From positions 1-32,101 of the forward strand of contig JAYZEG010000090.1 of assembly GCA_036337435.1 (NCBI GenBank): a DNA stretch of 32,101 bases, read 5' to 3'. Both the position numbers and the translations under genes were made by a program. This document shows positions 8,782 through 18,639 of the stretch, piece by piece. The first letter of the stretch is position 1; the number at the start of each line of letters is the position of its first letter. The notes under the pieces are model-generated. The model was given only the letters and a program-made list of their open reading frames with translations. It was not told where the DNA came from and did not search any database. The DNA is from Myxococcota bacterium (GTDB lineage: Bacteria; Myxococcota_A; Bradymonadia; UBA7976; UBA1532).

Positions 8782-9735
8782 TTAAGAGTCTAATTCCCTG
8801 TGGGCTTCTCGTGCTTGGCGTAGGTCCTTGGTTCTAGACTGCAAGTCGACAAGGGCCGCCGAGTCTTTGGTGCCTGCGTATCCGAGCACCGCAACAACCA
8901 ACCCGTGGATGCTCTCCGCTACTTTTGAGAAAATATCCGAGGCAATGGCTGCCTGTGATTGCGCTGCGTTCGAGCCTTGATCGGCCTGGGTTTTTAAGGT
9001 GGATAGGGTGTGAGCGCGGTCCAGAAGATCTGCAAAACCGGCATCGTATTCTCGCTGAATTCCCACATGGTCGATGGCACCATCGCCGTCTAGACTATTG
9101 GCGATGACCTGTCTCAGATCCGAACGTTCTTTAGCTGCACGTTGCAGTATGGTCTCTACGTCGGGGTGCCGAGGTTCGTCGGTGAGCTCCTGTAATTCAC
9201 GTATCAAAACGGCACTCAAACCCAAGGTCGCTGCGGCGTCCCTGTCTTGGCGCAATTGAATCCCAAACGCCACCAGAAACGCGATAATTAAGGCCGCGTA
9301 AAATAGGGCGATCGTCGTTGATTGAGCGAAGACGACGTATAAACCGATCCCGATCACCAAATGGGTGAGACTCAATGCGAGCACCAATCCCGTCCAGCCT
9401 TTCAAAATACTGCCAAACACGCCTTTGAGTATCTCGGCGACGATTGCAGAGGTCATGATGGCGATGAATGGCAGGAAGAGAACCGTCCACCCGGAATCCA
9501 GCTTCAGAGCCAGGGCGATCACCGGCAGCCCAATCAATTTTAAAAACCACGTCTTTTGAAACGCTTTGTCAGCAGTTTTCTCGAGTAGATGGACCGACTC
9601 CATTGTCTCAACAAGCGTGTCTAACGGTGTGCTCGAATCATGGTTTTTCTGGGGCTTGCTCCGGTGTGAAGCCTGTTCCGAATTCGACTCACGCGATCGG
9701 AGCGAATCTTGAGCTGCATCATCTGAACTATCCAT
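8782..9735 (-). CDS. Hypothetical membrane protein (about 4 TM helices plus C-terminal helical domain)
   Basis: Long ORF; likely start ATG 9735 (MDSSDD); hydrophobic central block followed by an Ala/Leu/Glu-rich helical tail. Confidence 0.7.
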   Translation of the reverse strand: MDSSDDAAQDSLRSRESNSEQASHRSKPQKNHDSSTPLDTLVETMESVHLLEKTADKAFQKTWFLKLIGLPVIALALKLDSGWTVLFLPFIAIMTSAIVAEILKGVFGSILKGWTGLVLALSLTHLVIGIGLYVVFAQSTTIALFYAALIIAFLVAFGIQLRQDRDAAATLGLSAVLIRELQELTDEPRHPDVETILQRAAKERSDLRQVIANSLDGDGAIDHVGIQREYDAGFADLLDRAHTLSTLKTQADQGSNAAQSQAAIASDIFSKVAESIHGLVVAVLGYAGTKDSAALVDLQSRTKDLRQAREAHRELDS

Positions 9736-9972
9736 AGGGGATCCCGCCTTATGCGTGTAGGACGATATCGTATTCGCTCCATGCTTATACGGATTATTAT
9801 GGCCGGCGCAAGACATGATCTAGGCATTGTTGTCGTAGTTGCGCGTCCAACGAACGCCAATCGCGCTTGTTCCTATGGACTCAGGTCATCCCTCCGGTGG
9901 AATTTATGACCAAGACCAGTATCTTGGTTTTGCTTTCACCATCTGCTGCTGACAAAGGCAGCGTGGGCTGTT

Positions 9973-10416
9973 ATGCAACCGTCATATCAATCTACTTTGG
10001 ATGCCACTGATATGTTGGGCCATGGACACAGAGAAGACAGCGACGAGCGTCTTGAACTGATTTTGGCTTCGGCGGGCGATTTGCTGAATTCGACCAATGC
10101 GCTCATTGAGCTTCTACAGACTCACCGAGAGACCACCTGGGCGGCAAATTTCAGGCAATTCAGAGATCAGTTGCGTGGGGCTCGGTCAAAAAAAGACCTT
10201 AACGAAGCACTTCTGCTACTTCAGTCATTTTACGGCGGTATGGGCAGTTGGAACGATGTCTATTTGGTCGCGCTTGGTGATGCCGAGGCTGAACGTTGTC
10301 GACTCAGCGGGGCGATTTCCATGAGCTCAGCGAGCTTGCTCGAGCTGTTGGAGTCGGTTCCTGACACCCCTAAGAAGAGCATTTGGACGTCTCTGAAAAG
10401 ATGGTTCGTGACCTAG
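9973..10416 (+). CDS. DUF6966-like domain protein
   Basis: FYGGMGSWNDVYL motif preceded by ETTWA..F, as recalled for this family; start uncertain (ATG 9973 or 10012). Confidence 0.65.
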   Translation: MQPSYQSTLDATDMLGHGHREDSDERLELILASAGDLLNSTNALIELLQTHRETTWAANFRQFRDQLRGARSKKDLNEALLLLQSFYGGMGSWNDVYLVALGDAEAERCRLSGAISMSSASLLELLESVPDTPKKSIWTSLKRWFVT

Positions 10417-10471
10417 GTCAACGTAGCCGAACTGTCCATCTTATCTTTTTTGATCAGCCTGACGGCGTTCA

Positions 10472-11185
10472 TTATGCCATTGCATCTTGGCGCATTGACA
10501 CCAATCGTTCATGCCAAGCAGCGATCTTCGGCCGGCTGAGAATCTCTTGATAAACGGGGAACTCATCGACACAGGTGATGCCACCCAGCATGGCAACGTC
10601 GGCCAGCGTCATTTCGTCACCACCGACAAATTTAGAGTCGCCTAACCAGGTCTCGAATTGATCCAGGCACTCTTTTATCCAGGCCCGACCGTCGGTTCGT
10701 CCGGCTTTCTTCAAGATCCGTCCCGCGACCAGTCTCATGATGGCAGGTCCCCCCAATTTGACGCCCATGCCCTGGAGAAAACCGAACTTGCTTGCCCGGC
10801 CTATGGTGCGCGCGGCACGCGCCGCATTGGACCAGCTGCCGTAAATCACCGTTGGCAGTGCTTTGATGAACTGATCGTCGACCCAGGCTTCGATCTTCTC
10901 GGCGCTCTCCTTCGCATTTGCCTCTGTTGGGAGCAGTCGCGGTGCGCTCGGAAAAAATGTATCGAGCTGCATCAGGATATCAGTCGAATCGTACAAAACA
11001 TCGGTTCCGATGCGCAGTACGGGCACTTTACGGGGTGCTTCGTCGGGCAGTTCTGGTAATTCCACCTTTGTCCGAGGGCTGACCTCTACGGTTTCGTATT
11101 CGATCCCCTTTAAATCGAGGGCGGCGCGTACTTTGTTACAAAATGGACACAGGGTGAACTGATACAGGATGACAGGTGAATGCAT
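10472..11185 (-). CDS. Glutathione S-transferase family protein, prostaglandin E synthase 2 (mPGES-2)-like
   Basis: LYQFTLCPFCNKVRAALD (CPFC), KVPVL cis-Pro loop, YDSTDI, FVGGDEMTLADVA. Confidence 0.85.
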   Translation of the reverse strand: MHSPVILYQFTLCPFCNKVRAALDLKGIEYETVEVSPRTKVELPELPDEAPRKVPVLRIGTDVLYDSTDILMQLDTFFPSAPRLLPTEANAKESAEKIEAWVDDQFIKALPTVIYGSWSNAARAARTIGRASKFGFLQGMGVKLGGPAIMRLVAGRILKKAGRTDGRAWIKECLDQFETWLGDSKFVGGDEMTLADVAMLGGITCVDEFPVYQEILSRPKIAAWHERLVSMRQDAMA

Positions 11186-11334
11186 GGAGTTGTCTCTACT
11201 GTTTGATGAGCTTCGTTGACGCTGACACTATGTCATCAGTTACATTTTTTCTATGGCCCATTGGCCCTGACGGTCAATTTCGTTTTTCGCCTTGCGGCCG
11301 GACAGACCGCCAGAAGACCCCCCGAGTGAGTCGT

Positions 11335-11949
11335 CTAAAATGTTTCCCAATGGATGACATCGTCTACTTTTTTTCGGGGCAACCGCGGTTTGGGGCTTGC
11401 TGACGTGGGATAACCGATGGCGATCAGCAGTGCGATCACACGATCGTCTGGAATCTTTAACTCTTGGACCATTTTCTTTTGAGCGAAACCCATCACAGGG
11501 CAGGTTGCATATCCCATGTTCTCAGCCGAATAGATGAGCGTCATACACGCAAGCATTGCATTGCGTAAAGCCATCTTTTGGAGTTGCTCAGGCTTCCGAT
11601 TTTTAGCGATGGAGTTTCGAAAGACGGGAAGGTCTTCTTTTTGGCAATATCCGTATTTGAGCCAGTCAGCGAGAATTGCGTCGACATTGCGTCCAATGAA
11701 GCTATCGCCGAGGACAACGATGAGCGCGGATGCATCTGCAACATGTGGTTGAGAGAATGCGATTTCGCCCATTCGCTCGATGTTCTCTCGCTCTCGAATG
11801 ATGATGAATTCCCATGGCTGTGCGTTGTAACCAGATGGCGTCAGATTTGTTTCTTCTACCATCCGACGTAAATCGGCCTCGGGAATCGAGCGTCCGGTCT
11901 CAAAGCTATGGCATGCACGCCGCTTCTGTATCAGTTCTGAAAAATCCAT
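11335..11949 (-). CDS. Nitroreductase family protein
   Basis: IQKRRACHSF, TPSGYNAQPWEF, GYATCPVMGF, IAIGY, RLPRK; start set at MDFSE (ATG 11949). Confidence 0.92.
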   Translation of the reverse strand: MDFSELIQKRRACHSFETGRSIPEADLRRMVEETNLTPSGYNAQPWEFIIIRERENIERMGEIAFSQPHVADASALIVVLGDSFIGRNVDAILADWLKYGYCQKEDLPVFRNSIAKNRKPEQLQKMALRNAMLACMTLIYSAENMGYATCPVMGFAQKKMVQELKIPDDRVIALLIAIGYPTSASPKPRLPRKKVDDVIHWETF

Positions 11950-11992
11950 AAGGCCAACAGTGTGAAAAATTATTTGGAAGAACAAAAGCAAT

Positions 11993-12021
11993 AAAAAAGG
12001 CTCGACCGAGTAAGCCGAGCC
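11993..12021 (-). terminator. Rho-independent terminator of the Lys-rich secreted protein gene
   Basis: Minus strand GGCTCGGC-TTACTCG-GTCGAGCC-TTTTTT. Confidence 0.75.
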
Positions 12022-12102
12022 AAGTCGCGTTTTGTCTCGCGACGACAGTCTGATGGGCTGTCTGGATTAGCCCCTCAAAGGAGGACCTAAGTGAGGTGGT
12101 TT

Positions 12103-12606
12103 TTACTTGGTTTCCGTCTTTTTCTTTTTCTTTTTCTTTTTCTTCTTCCCACCGTCATCACTGTCATCGTCATCTGATGTCTCCCAGCACTTCCCATTGT
12201 CAAGTTTGGGTCGACAGACGCCACCGCCGCAGCATTCGGTGCTTAGATCACAGCAGTTCCCGGCTCCACAAACGATGTAATTGCCACCCTTCATGTCGCA
12301 ATCGGACCCCTTGGAGCCTTTCTTAGCGCTGGCCTTTTGCCCGCGCTTTACTTTGCGGTCTTTACTGCTCAGCTTTCGCTTTGTCGGACCTTTTTTTACA
12401 GTTGCTGACTTTTTGTTTCCTGCCTTTGATTTCTTGGTGGGCTTGTTCTTTTTTGTGACCTTACCCTTTTTGGTCTTCTTGCTCTTCGTGACCGCTGGTT
12501 TGCCCTGATCAGCCGTTTTCTCTTTTGGACCTCGGGCGTTTGCAATGGACACGAACCCAACCAGTGAAAATAGAAGGATAAGCGCTTGGATTTGTGTTCG
12601 TTTCAT
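12103..12606 (-). CDS. Secreted Lys-rich protein with an 8-Cys domain and an Asp-rich/poly-Lys tail
   Basis: GAGGGGAG RBS; signal peptide ending ANA-R; C-x9-C-x4-CC-x5-CC-x4-C-x8-C; DDDDSDD then K10; has its own terminator. Confidence 0.8.
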   Translation of the reverse strand: MKRTQIQALILLFSLVGFVSIANARGPKEKTADQGKPAVTKSKKTKKGKVTKKNKPTKKSKAGNKKSATVKKGPTKRKLSSKDRKVKRGQKASAKKGSKGSDCDMKGGNYIVCGAGNCCDLSTECCGGGVCRPKLDNGKCWETSDDDDSDDGGKKKKKKKKKKTETK

Positions 12607-12875
12607 TTTCGAATATCTCCCCTCATGTGACTGACGATCTTATCGTTCAATCGGATTGTCGTTGTCAAACAAACGCAGTTGCAGATGATTCATTCATTTG
12701 AGAGCGATTATGTCTCTACGTGTCTTCAAAGTTCGAAATAGATCGGTGCCTACTGCAACTTAGTTGACACTCAGGGCACGCCACTTTGTATCTATTGACT
12801 AAATACGATGAGTCGGCCTTGTTTGTTCTGGTTGAAAGCTTACTCAGTCACAAGTGTCGAAAAGGAGTCGATTTG

Positions 12876-13286
12876 ATGCGTATCTTGAAAGCGTTTTTGG
12901 CCGTTTGCATAACCATGACGGTGGTTGATTTGGTGTGGCTTGGCTTGCTAGCAAACGACCTATATAACGACATGCTCGGACCCTTGAGAGCAAAAGAGAC
13001 CGTCATTCTGGCGGCCGTACTCTTCTACATTCAGTATGTCATGGTCTTGGTCTTCTGGGCTGTTTTGCCAAGCCGAGATGTGCGAGCTGCTGCCTGGCGA
13101 GGTCTGGGTGTTGGCTGGGTTGCTTATGCGACGTACGAGTTGACCAATTGGGCTGTGATCGAAGGTTGGCCCGCGGCATTGGTTCCAATCGATATCGCCT
13201 GGGGTCTGGTCCTGACGACCATTGTCGCAGCCACGGGGCGGGCGGTTGCCGGTGATGATATGGCCGGCCGATCAGAGCCTGCATAG
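12876..13286 (+). CDS. DUF2177 family membrane protein
   Basis: AAAGGAG RBS before ATG 12876; DLVWLG, AAVLFY, AYATYELTNWA, WP..LVPIDIAWG. Confidence 0.88.
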   Translation: MRILKAFLAVCITMTVVDLVWLGLLANDLYNDMLGPLRAKETVILAAVLFYIQYVMVLVFWAVLPSRDVRAAAWRGLGVGWVAYATYELTNWAVIEGWPAALVPIDIAWGLVLTTIVAATGRAVAGDDMAGRSEPA

Positions 13287-13399
13287 CAAGAGTCTAAACG
13301 GAGTAAAACTCAGTGCGCTTGCGCCACGGGTTGCACTTCATTTGCTCCATTGGCTAAGGTCTCTCTCGCAGAAGCCATCCGTGTCTGGGAGTACCAAAA

Positions 13400-13945
13400 T
13401 TGACTCAACGTTTATTCTTTTTCTCGATTGTGCTGCCCGCCATTTTTTTAACGGGAAACCCCGTCGGCATCTCTCACGCCCAGTCAGACTCAGCAGAACC
13501 CGTGCCTGCTCGGCTTCAAAAACCCTATACGATTTCATATCACAGCCATTGGTTTCTCCTGGGTGGCTTACGGGTGGCGAGGCGAATCGTCGATTCTCAA
13601 ACCGACGTGAACATTCTTGTTGGTCAATCCGTCGTGACCGGTTGCGGAATTCAAGCGCCAAAGTGCGAGCAGGGGTTTGCCATGAACGCTGGTCTAAGGC
13701 GGTATTTATTTGATTCGCCGTTTACGATTTACGCCGGTGCGAACATTCACTACATCCATGAGGGCATTCGCGGAACCGATGGCCCGACTGGACTGCTCGA
13801 CATGAGTCTCGGCATCAATCATCAAACATCGGGTCGTTTCAATTGGGGTATAGGTTATTCGTTTTTCGCCCTAAATGATTCAAACGACGGATTTGAACCA
13901 GCGATCCGCGGATGGATCTTGAGCGAGCTGGGTTATTCATTCTGA
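13400..13945 (+). CDS. Putative small outer-membrane beta-barrel protein
   Basis: GGGAG RBS and TTG start; signal peptide ending SHA-Q; alternating amphipathic strands (AGLRRYLF, YAGANIHY, WGIGYSF); C-terminal LGYSF. Confidence 0.65.
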   Translation: MTQRLFFFSIVLPAIFLTGNPVGISHAQSDSAEPVPARLQKPYTISYHSHWFLLGGLRVARRIVDSQTDVNILVGQSVVTGCGIQAPKCEQGFAMNAGLRRYLFDSPFTIYAGANIHYIHEGIRGTDGPTGLLDMSLGINHQTSGRFNWGIGYSFFALNDSNDGFEPAIRGWILSELGYSF

Positions 13946-14399
13946 CGACTTCGGGGCGGTGTGTGGCAAACCGTCCCCGTAGTTCGGATGCGCCGACTGA
14001 GTCAGTTTCGTGACCGACCAGATGAGGCGAAGAAGAATGCAACCCAGCGCTTCGCTTTAATCACAAGTACTCTTTTCGCCCTATCAGGTCTCTGGCATCT
14101 TGGCCTCTGTCCCAGACCGGTCCAAACGGTCACTTCTCTACCCGAAGACACAAGTCATTCGTTTCGGTTGACGTGTACTTTGGCACTCACCAAAGATGGG
14201 TCTGAGATTTTGTACCAGCAACGATGACGTGCTCAGATGACCGACTCTGTGGCTTTGGATTGCATCCCATGGCCTACATCATCTGCGGTCTCAGCATCTT
14301 GACCGAGACGTCTACTGCAACGACAGCGGCGGGACGAGGCGATGTGCTAGACACAGAGCCTTGGCTAAGGGCGTTCTCCAAACGGGCCACTGACCCATG

Positions 14400-14849
14400 T
14401 TAACTCGGTGGCTTTTGCTGCAGCTCTTGCTGCTGGGCTGGGACGATATACTCATCAAAATACCACGATGAGAGGGCTTCTAAGCTGAGAAAGAAACCGA
14501 CACCGAAAATTGCGATCAGCGCGGTGACCATAAGTAGGTTCTTCTTCTTGCGCCGTGGATCGATCGAACATTGATTCTGCTGCCTCCGATACAGCCAAAA
14601 ACCGACGATGCCAATCAGGACAGCGACACCCCTCAGAACCCAGGCACCAGTCCCAGGTGATCCATCTTCCTGATAGAAAAAATTTGCAAAGGAGATTGCA
14701 TAGGCACCGCCCATAAGCCCGACCATGAATAGAACCATCGGGGCCACACAGCAGATCATGCCGGCCAAGCCAGCGGACGCCGCAACCCGCATCGCCCATT
14801 TAAACAGGCTGGGTTCGTCTACTTGCTCTTCATTGGTTACTTCGGTCAT
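14400..14849 (-). CDS. MerT/MerF-like heavy-metal transport membrane protein
   Basis: First TM helix carries a CC pair (GMICCVAPMVL); three TM segments; cytoplasmic loop Cys (QQNQCSID). Confidence 0.6.
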   Translation of the reverse strand: MTEVTNEEQVDEPSLFKWAMRVAASAGLAGMICCVAPMVLFMVGLMGGAYAISFANFFYQEDGSPGTGAWVLRGVAVLIGIVGFWLYRRQQNQCSIDPRRKKKNLLMVTALIAIFGVGFFLSLEALSSWYFDEYIVPAQQQELQQKPPS

Positions 14850-15248
14850 GAAAGGGTCCCAGGCAGCACAACTCAGTACCCTTCAACTAAACCGGAACTG
14901 CTCTGATTAATCAACTGAGTATCGACTGGGCCACCGGCTGGGCAATGCGCTGAGCCTACGGCTCATTCTTGAAGTCAGAGTCACACAAAGGCCCTTTCTT
15001 GCCTCATGTTTGGGACAAGTCTCGCCGATGCGTGTGGGCTTGAGTTCGCCATGGGTGACAGACACTGTACTTGGCTGAAGAATCTGCCCACCAGGCGAAT
15101 GCTTGTGCAGGCCTTCGACATCTTGGTTTTGTTGACCTATCGGAGCCAGGGGACCCCGATTTCGCTGACGAGCATGACAGATTGTCCGCGCTCTTGTCCT
15201 CAGCATAGTCCGACGAAAGCCAGCGTGTGCTGAGCTTTAGGCCGAGCC

Positions 15249-15581
15249 TTATTTCTCGATGCGCGTTGCGCCGGTCTCTGTTTCGTACATCAGGCCGTCC
15301 TTGAGTTTTGTTGAACCCAAAACTGCTTCCCGAGTGCCGTCGGCAAAGTCCATCACGGTGTGTTCCACAATGAGGTCTTGGTTTTCGTAAATGCAGCGCG
15401 TCGATAAGATTTCGACAGCGTCACTCGCCATGAAGCCACGCATCATTTCGACCATCTCGGTCTTGTTCATGGTTGTACCAGACTGGTGCCTGATAAATTT
15501 GTAATCCTCGTGCAGACATTCGGCGATTGAGTCCGCGTCTCCATTGTCCATTGCAGTAGACCATTTTTCATACAACGACAT
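15249..15581 (-). CDS. NTF2/SnoaL-like domain protein
   Basis: AGGAGG RBS before ATG 15581; W..AMDNGDAD.IAECLHEDY.F, RCIYEN, F.DGTRE, KDG...ETGAT. Confidence 0.85.
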   Translation of the reverse strand: MSLYEKWSTAMDNGDADSIAECLHEDYKFIRHQSGTTMNKTEMVEMMRGFMASDAVEILSTRCIYENQDLIVEHTVMDFADGTREAVLGSTKLKDGLMYETETGATRIEK

Positions 15582-15838
15582 GTGATTCCTCCTGACTAAT
15601 TTTAATGGTTTAGGCGTGCTCGAACAGCCTCTCTGGTTTCGCACGTTAGTGACCAGAAGACGCCTTTGGCAAGTCCCATTTTAAATGGCCCATCACATTC
15701 TCAATGTGATGGGTACTCTAGCCTGTTGGAGACCCCCGTTCTGTGGCCAGAGAACGGGCTCACTTTTTACTGAAACGACCGAATTCACAAGCCGTCATCG
15801 GGTGACAAATGGATATTACAAAAATGTTTTCTATTTCG

Positions 15839-15909
15839 ATTGCTGGGTGACAGCATGTTGCGACCTTGCTTTGAAAGCTGCCCAAGGCCACAGCTGTCAC
15901 CCCAGCAAT
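15839..15909 (-). terminator. Long hairpin right after the katG stop (3' stabiliser or terminator)
   Basis: ATTGCTGGG-TGACAGC (15839-15854) pairs with GCTGTCA-CCCCAGCAAT (15893-15909) with a one-base bulge; no clear U-tract. Confidence 0.5.
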
Positions 15910-15915
15910 TGGGCC

Positions 15916-18156
15916 TTAATTGCTGTGCTTTAGGTCGAATCGATCCAGCTGCATGACTTTAGTCCAAGCCGCTGCGAAATCCGTTGCAAACTTCTGCTTC
16001 GATTCGTCAAAGGCATAGACTTCAGCAACGGCACGGAGTTCGGAGTTGGAGCCGAAAATCAGGTCCACTGGTGTTGCCGTCCACTTCACCTTACCACTCT
16101 TTCGACAGGTTCCATTATAGACGGATTCATCGTCGTTTGATTTAGACCAGCGTGTACCCATGTCGAATAAGTTGACGAAAAAGTGATTGTTAAGCACGCC
16201 TGGGGTCTTGGTAAAAATCCCGTGCGTAATGCCATTTGCGTTTGCACCAAGGGCCCTCATCCCACCGATGAGCACGGTCATTTCTGGGACTGTAAGTGAC
16301 AGTTGAGCCGCCTTGTCGACCATCATGTCCGCAGGTGATCGGGTATTTTTCGTTTTGTCATAATAATTTCTGAACGCATCCGCATGAGATTGGAGACGGT
16401 TGAATGTGTTGACATCGGTCATCTCTTGACTTGCATCACCACGGCCTGGGGTAAATGCCACTTTAACCGTTGTACCACCCGCTTTTGCTGCCTTCTCGAT
16501 GGCGGCAGCACCACCGAGAACGATCACGTCTGCGAGGGAGACTTCGACGCCGTCTTTTGCACCCTTGTTGAAGTCTTTTTGGACTGCTTCCAGTGCTTTC
16601 AGTGTTTTTTCAAGGTCTGCAGGGCTGTTGACGGCCCATCCGTTCTGAGGTGCCAGGCGAACGCGGGCACCATTGGCACCGCCCCGCATGTCTGAGTTCC
16701 GAAAACTTGAGGCTGATGCCCAAGCTGTTCGGACCAAGTCGCTGACGGTGGCACCTGTTTTCAAGATTGACGCTTTGATTTCATTCGCCTGCGCCTCACT
16801 GATGAGTTTCTTGCTGGGTGCCGGTACGGCGTCTTGCCACTTAAGTATTTCACTCGGGACATCGCTGCCGAGGTATCGGGCGCGTGGACCCATATCGCGA
16901 TGTGTCAGCTTAAACCAAGCACGCGCGAAGGCGTCTTCGAACTCTTTCGGGTTTTTCAGCCATCTTTTGGTGATCTTTCCGTAGGCTGGATCATATCGAA
17001 GTGCGAGGTCGGTTGTGAACATGATTGGTGCGTGAAATTTTCCCTTAATGTGAGCGTCCGGGACGTTTTTAATCGATTCATCTTTTGGAACCCACTGAAT
17101 GGCCCCATTTGGGCTTTTCGTCTGTTTCCATTCGAAGCTGTATAGATTGGTCAAATACATGTGGGTCCATTTGGCAGGTGCCGATGTCCACGCACCTTCA
17201 AGGCCACTTGTTGTGGTATCTTCAGAATGTCCCTTACCACATTTATTCTTCCATCCTGTCCCTTGCTCTTCAAGTCCGGCACCACCCAGATCAGCACCGA
17301 TACAATCGGATTTTTTGCGCGCTCCATGTGCCTTACCGAATGTATGTCCACCAGCGATCAATGCGACGGTCTCTGCATCGTCCATGGCCATTCGCCCAAA
17401 GGTCGTCCGAATCGCATCCGCAGCTTTACTGAAGTCCGGTTCACCGTTCGGCCCTTCTGGATTGACATAAATCAGACCCATTTGACTCGCGGCTAATCCC
17501 TTTCGCAGTTTGCCCTTCTTGCTGTGCCGTTTGTCGGCACCAAGCTTCATTTCTGGTCCCCAATACACCAAATCGGCCTCCCAGTCGTCTACACGTCCGC
17601 CGGCAAACCCAAGTGTTTTGAAACCCATATTTTCCATGGCGACATTGCCTGCGAGCACCATCAGGTCCGACCATGAAATGGCCTTGCCGTATTGCTTTTT
17701 GATTGGCCAGAGCAGGCGTCTTGCTTTGCCAAGGTTTGCATTATCGGGCCAACTGTTCAGGGGGTTGAAGCGAAGCTGACCGCCGCCTGCGCCACCCCGT
17801 CCATCGGACGATCGGTACGTGCCTGCACTGTGCCATGCCATTCGGATAAAGAATGGACCGTAATTCCCGTAATCGGCTGGCCACCAGTCTTGGGATGTGG
17901 TGAGCAGGGTATTGATGTCTGCTTTCAGAGCCTTGAGATCCAATTTTTTGAATTCTTCCGCATAGGAAAAGCCTTCTTCATAGGGGTTTGAGGCCTCGCC
18001 ATGAGCCCTCAACGGTGCGAGATTGAGCTGATTTGGCCACCAAAATCGATTGGGCTTCGCTTCACCTTCCGCAAACCTCGGTGCGGCTTCTGCATGGGCG
18101 ATCGCGGCCAGCGACAGCGATGAGACCAGCGTCACCACTAATGACGTTAAACGCAT
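15916..18156 (-). CDS. katG: Catalase-peroxidase HPI with Sec signal peptide
   Basis: [13 protein letters not shown] (distal R/W/H), [29 protein letters not shown] (proximal His), duplicated C-terminal domain; AAGGAG RBS; signal peptide ending AHA-E. Confidence 0.98.
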   Translation of the reverse strand: MRLTSLVVTLVSSLSLAAIAHAEAAPRFAEGEAKPNRFWWPNQLNLAPLRAHGEASNPYEEGFSYAEEFKKLDLKALKADINTLLTTSQDWWPADYGNYGPFFIRMAWHSAGTYRSSDGRGGAGGGQLRFNPLNSWPDNANLGKARRLLWPIKKQYGKAISWSDLMVLAGNVAMENMGFKTLGFAGGRVDDWEADLVYWGPEMKLGADKRHSKKGKLRKGLAASQMGLIYVNPEGPNGEPDFSKAADAIRTTFGRMAMDDAETVALIAGGHTFGKAHGARKKSDCIGADLGGAGLEEQGTGWKNKCGKGHSEDTTTSGLEGAWTSAPAKWTHMYLTNLYSFEWKQTKSPNGAIQWVPKDESIKNVPDAHIKGKFHAPIMFTTDLALRYDPAYGKITKRWLKNPKEFEDAFARAWFKLTHRDMGPRARYLGSDVPSEILKWQDAVPAPSKKLISEAQANEIKASILKTGATVSDLVRTAWASASSFRNSDMRGGANGARVRLAPQNGWAVNSPADLEKTLKALEAVQKDFNKGAKDGVEVSLADVIVLGGAAAIEKAAKAGGTTVKVAFTPGRGDASQEMTDVNTFNRLQSHADAFRNYYDKTKNTRSPADMMVDKAAQLSLTVPEMTVLIGGMRALGANANGITHGIFTKTPGVLNNHFFVNLFDMGTRWSKSNDDESVYNGTCRKSGKVKWTATPVDLIFGSNSELRAVAEVYAFDESKQKFATDFAAAWTKVMQLDRFDLKHSN

Positions 18157-18213
18157 TGATTTCTCCTTTTTAATTTGTACGCAAGAGACTCAATCCCCGG
18201 TTCTTGCAACGCC

Positions 18214-18279
18214 ACTATAGCCACTTTTTTAAGTTTGTTATAATCGTTTATTTTTTTAACGGTGGTCGGTGTTAACTAT
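18214..18279 (-). promoter_or_regulatory. Candidate katG promoter with an OxyR-type binding site
   Basis: Minus strand ATAG-N7-CGAC-N7-AAAA-N7-CGAT (18279-18243), directly abutting a weak -35 (TATAAC), then a 17-bp spacer and TATAGT -10 (18219-18214). Confidence 0.5.
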
Positions 18280-18639
18280 CGGGAATAATGTACGAATTTT
18301 AATAATTTAAATCGGTTTCTCGCGTGGCCTTGATGGTCATCTCTCGACGGGTTTTTTATGTGAGTTAGCCCACCGACTTTGAATGATTAGTTTAAAAAAA
18401 ACTCGAGGGTGAATTTGACCCATCGTCATTGGAGCACTCTCATCTTTCGCTCTCGTCTACAGGGGCAAATCTTCAATCCACTGCTGAATCGAGCGGAAGT
18501 CAGAGATCAAGGCGCAGTAAACGATGCCAATTGCGCGGATTAGGCTGGTGTCTCCGTTTGAGGCGATGCAAACTCCCATGTAAGGATTTTCCGTACTATT
18601 TATCTTTTTCCGCTGCTGTGTCTGAGAGGAACCGTTTTG

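Noticed and set aside
13961..14399. 88-aa and ~59-aa ORFs in the spacer before the MerT-like gene
   Set aside because: No convincing RBS or motif; possibly decayed DNA but unsupported.
14907..15233. Overlapping 99-aa and 75-aa ORFs as MerP/MerR partners
   Set aside because: No GMxCxxC metal-binding loop or HTH signature.
9973..16000. A single detoxification/stress operon or mobile island (GST, nitroreductase, MerT-like, katG)
   Set aside because: The genes are separated by a terminator, opposite-strand genes and long spacers; no integrase, transposase, tRNA or flanking repeats were seen.
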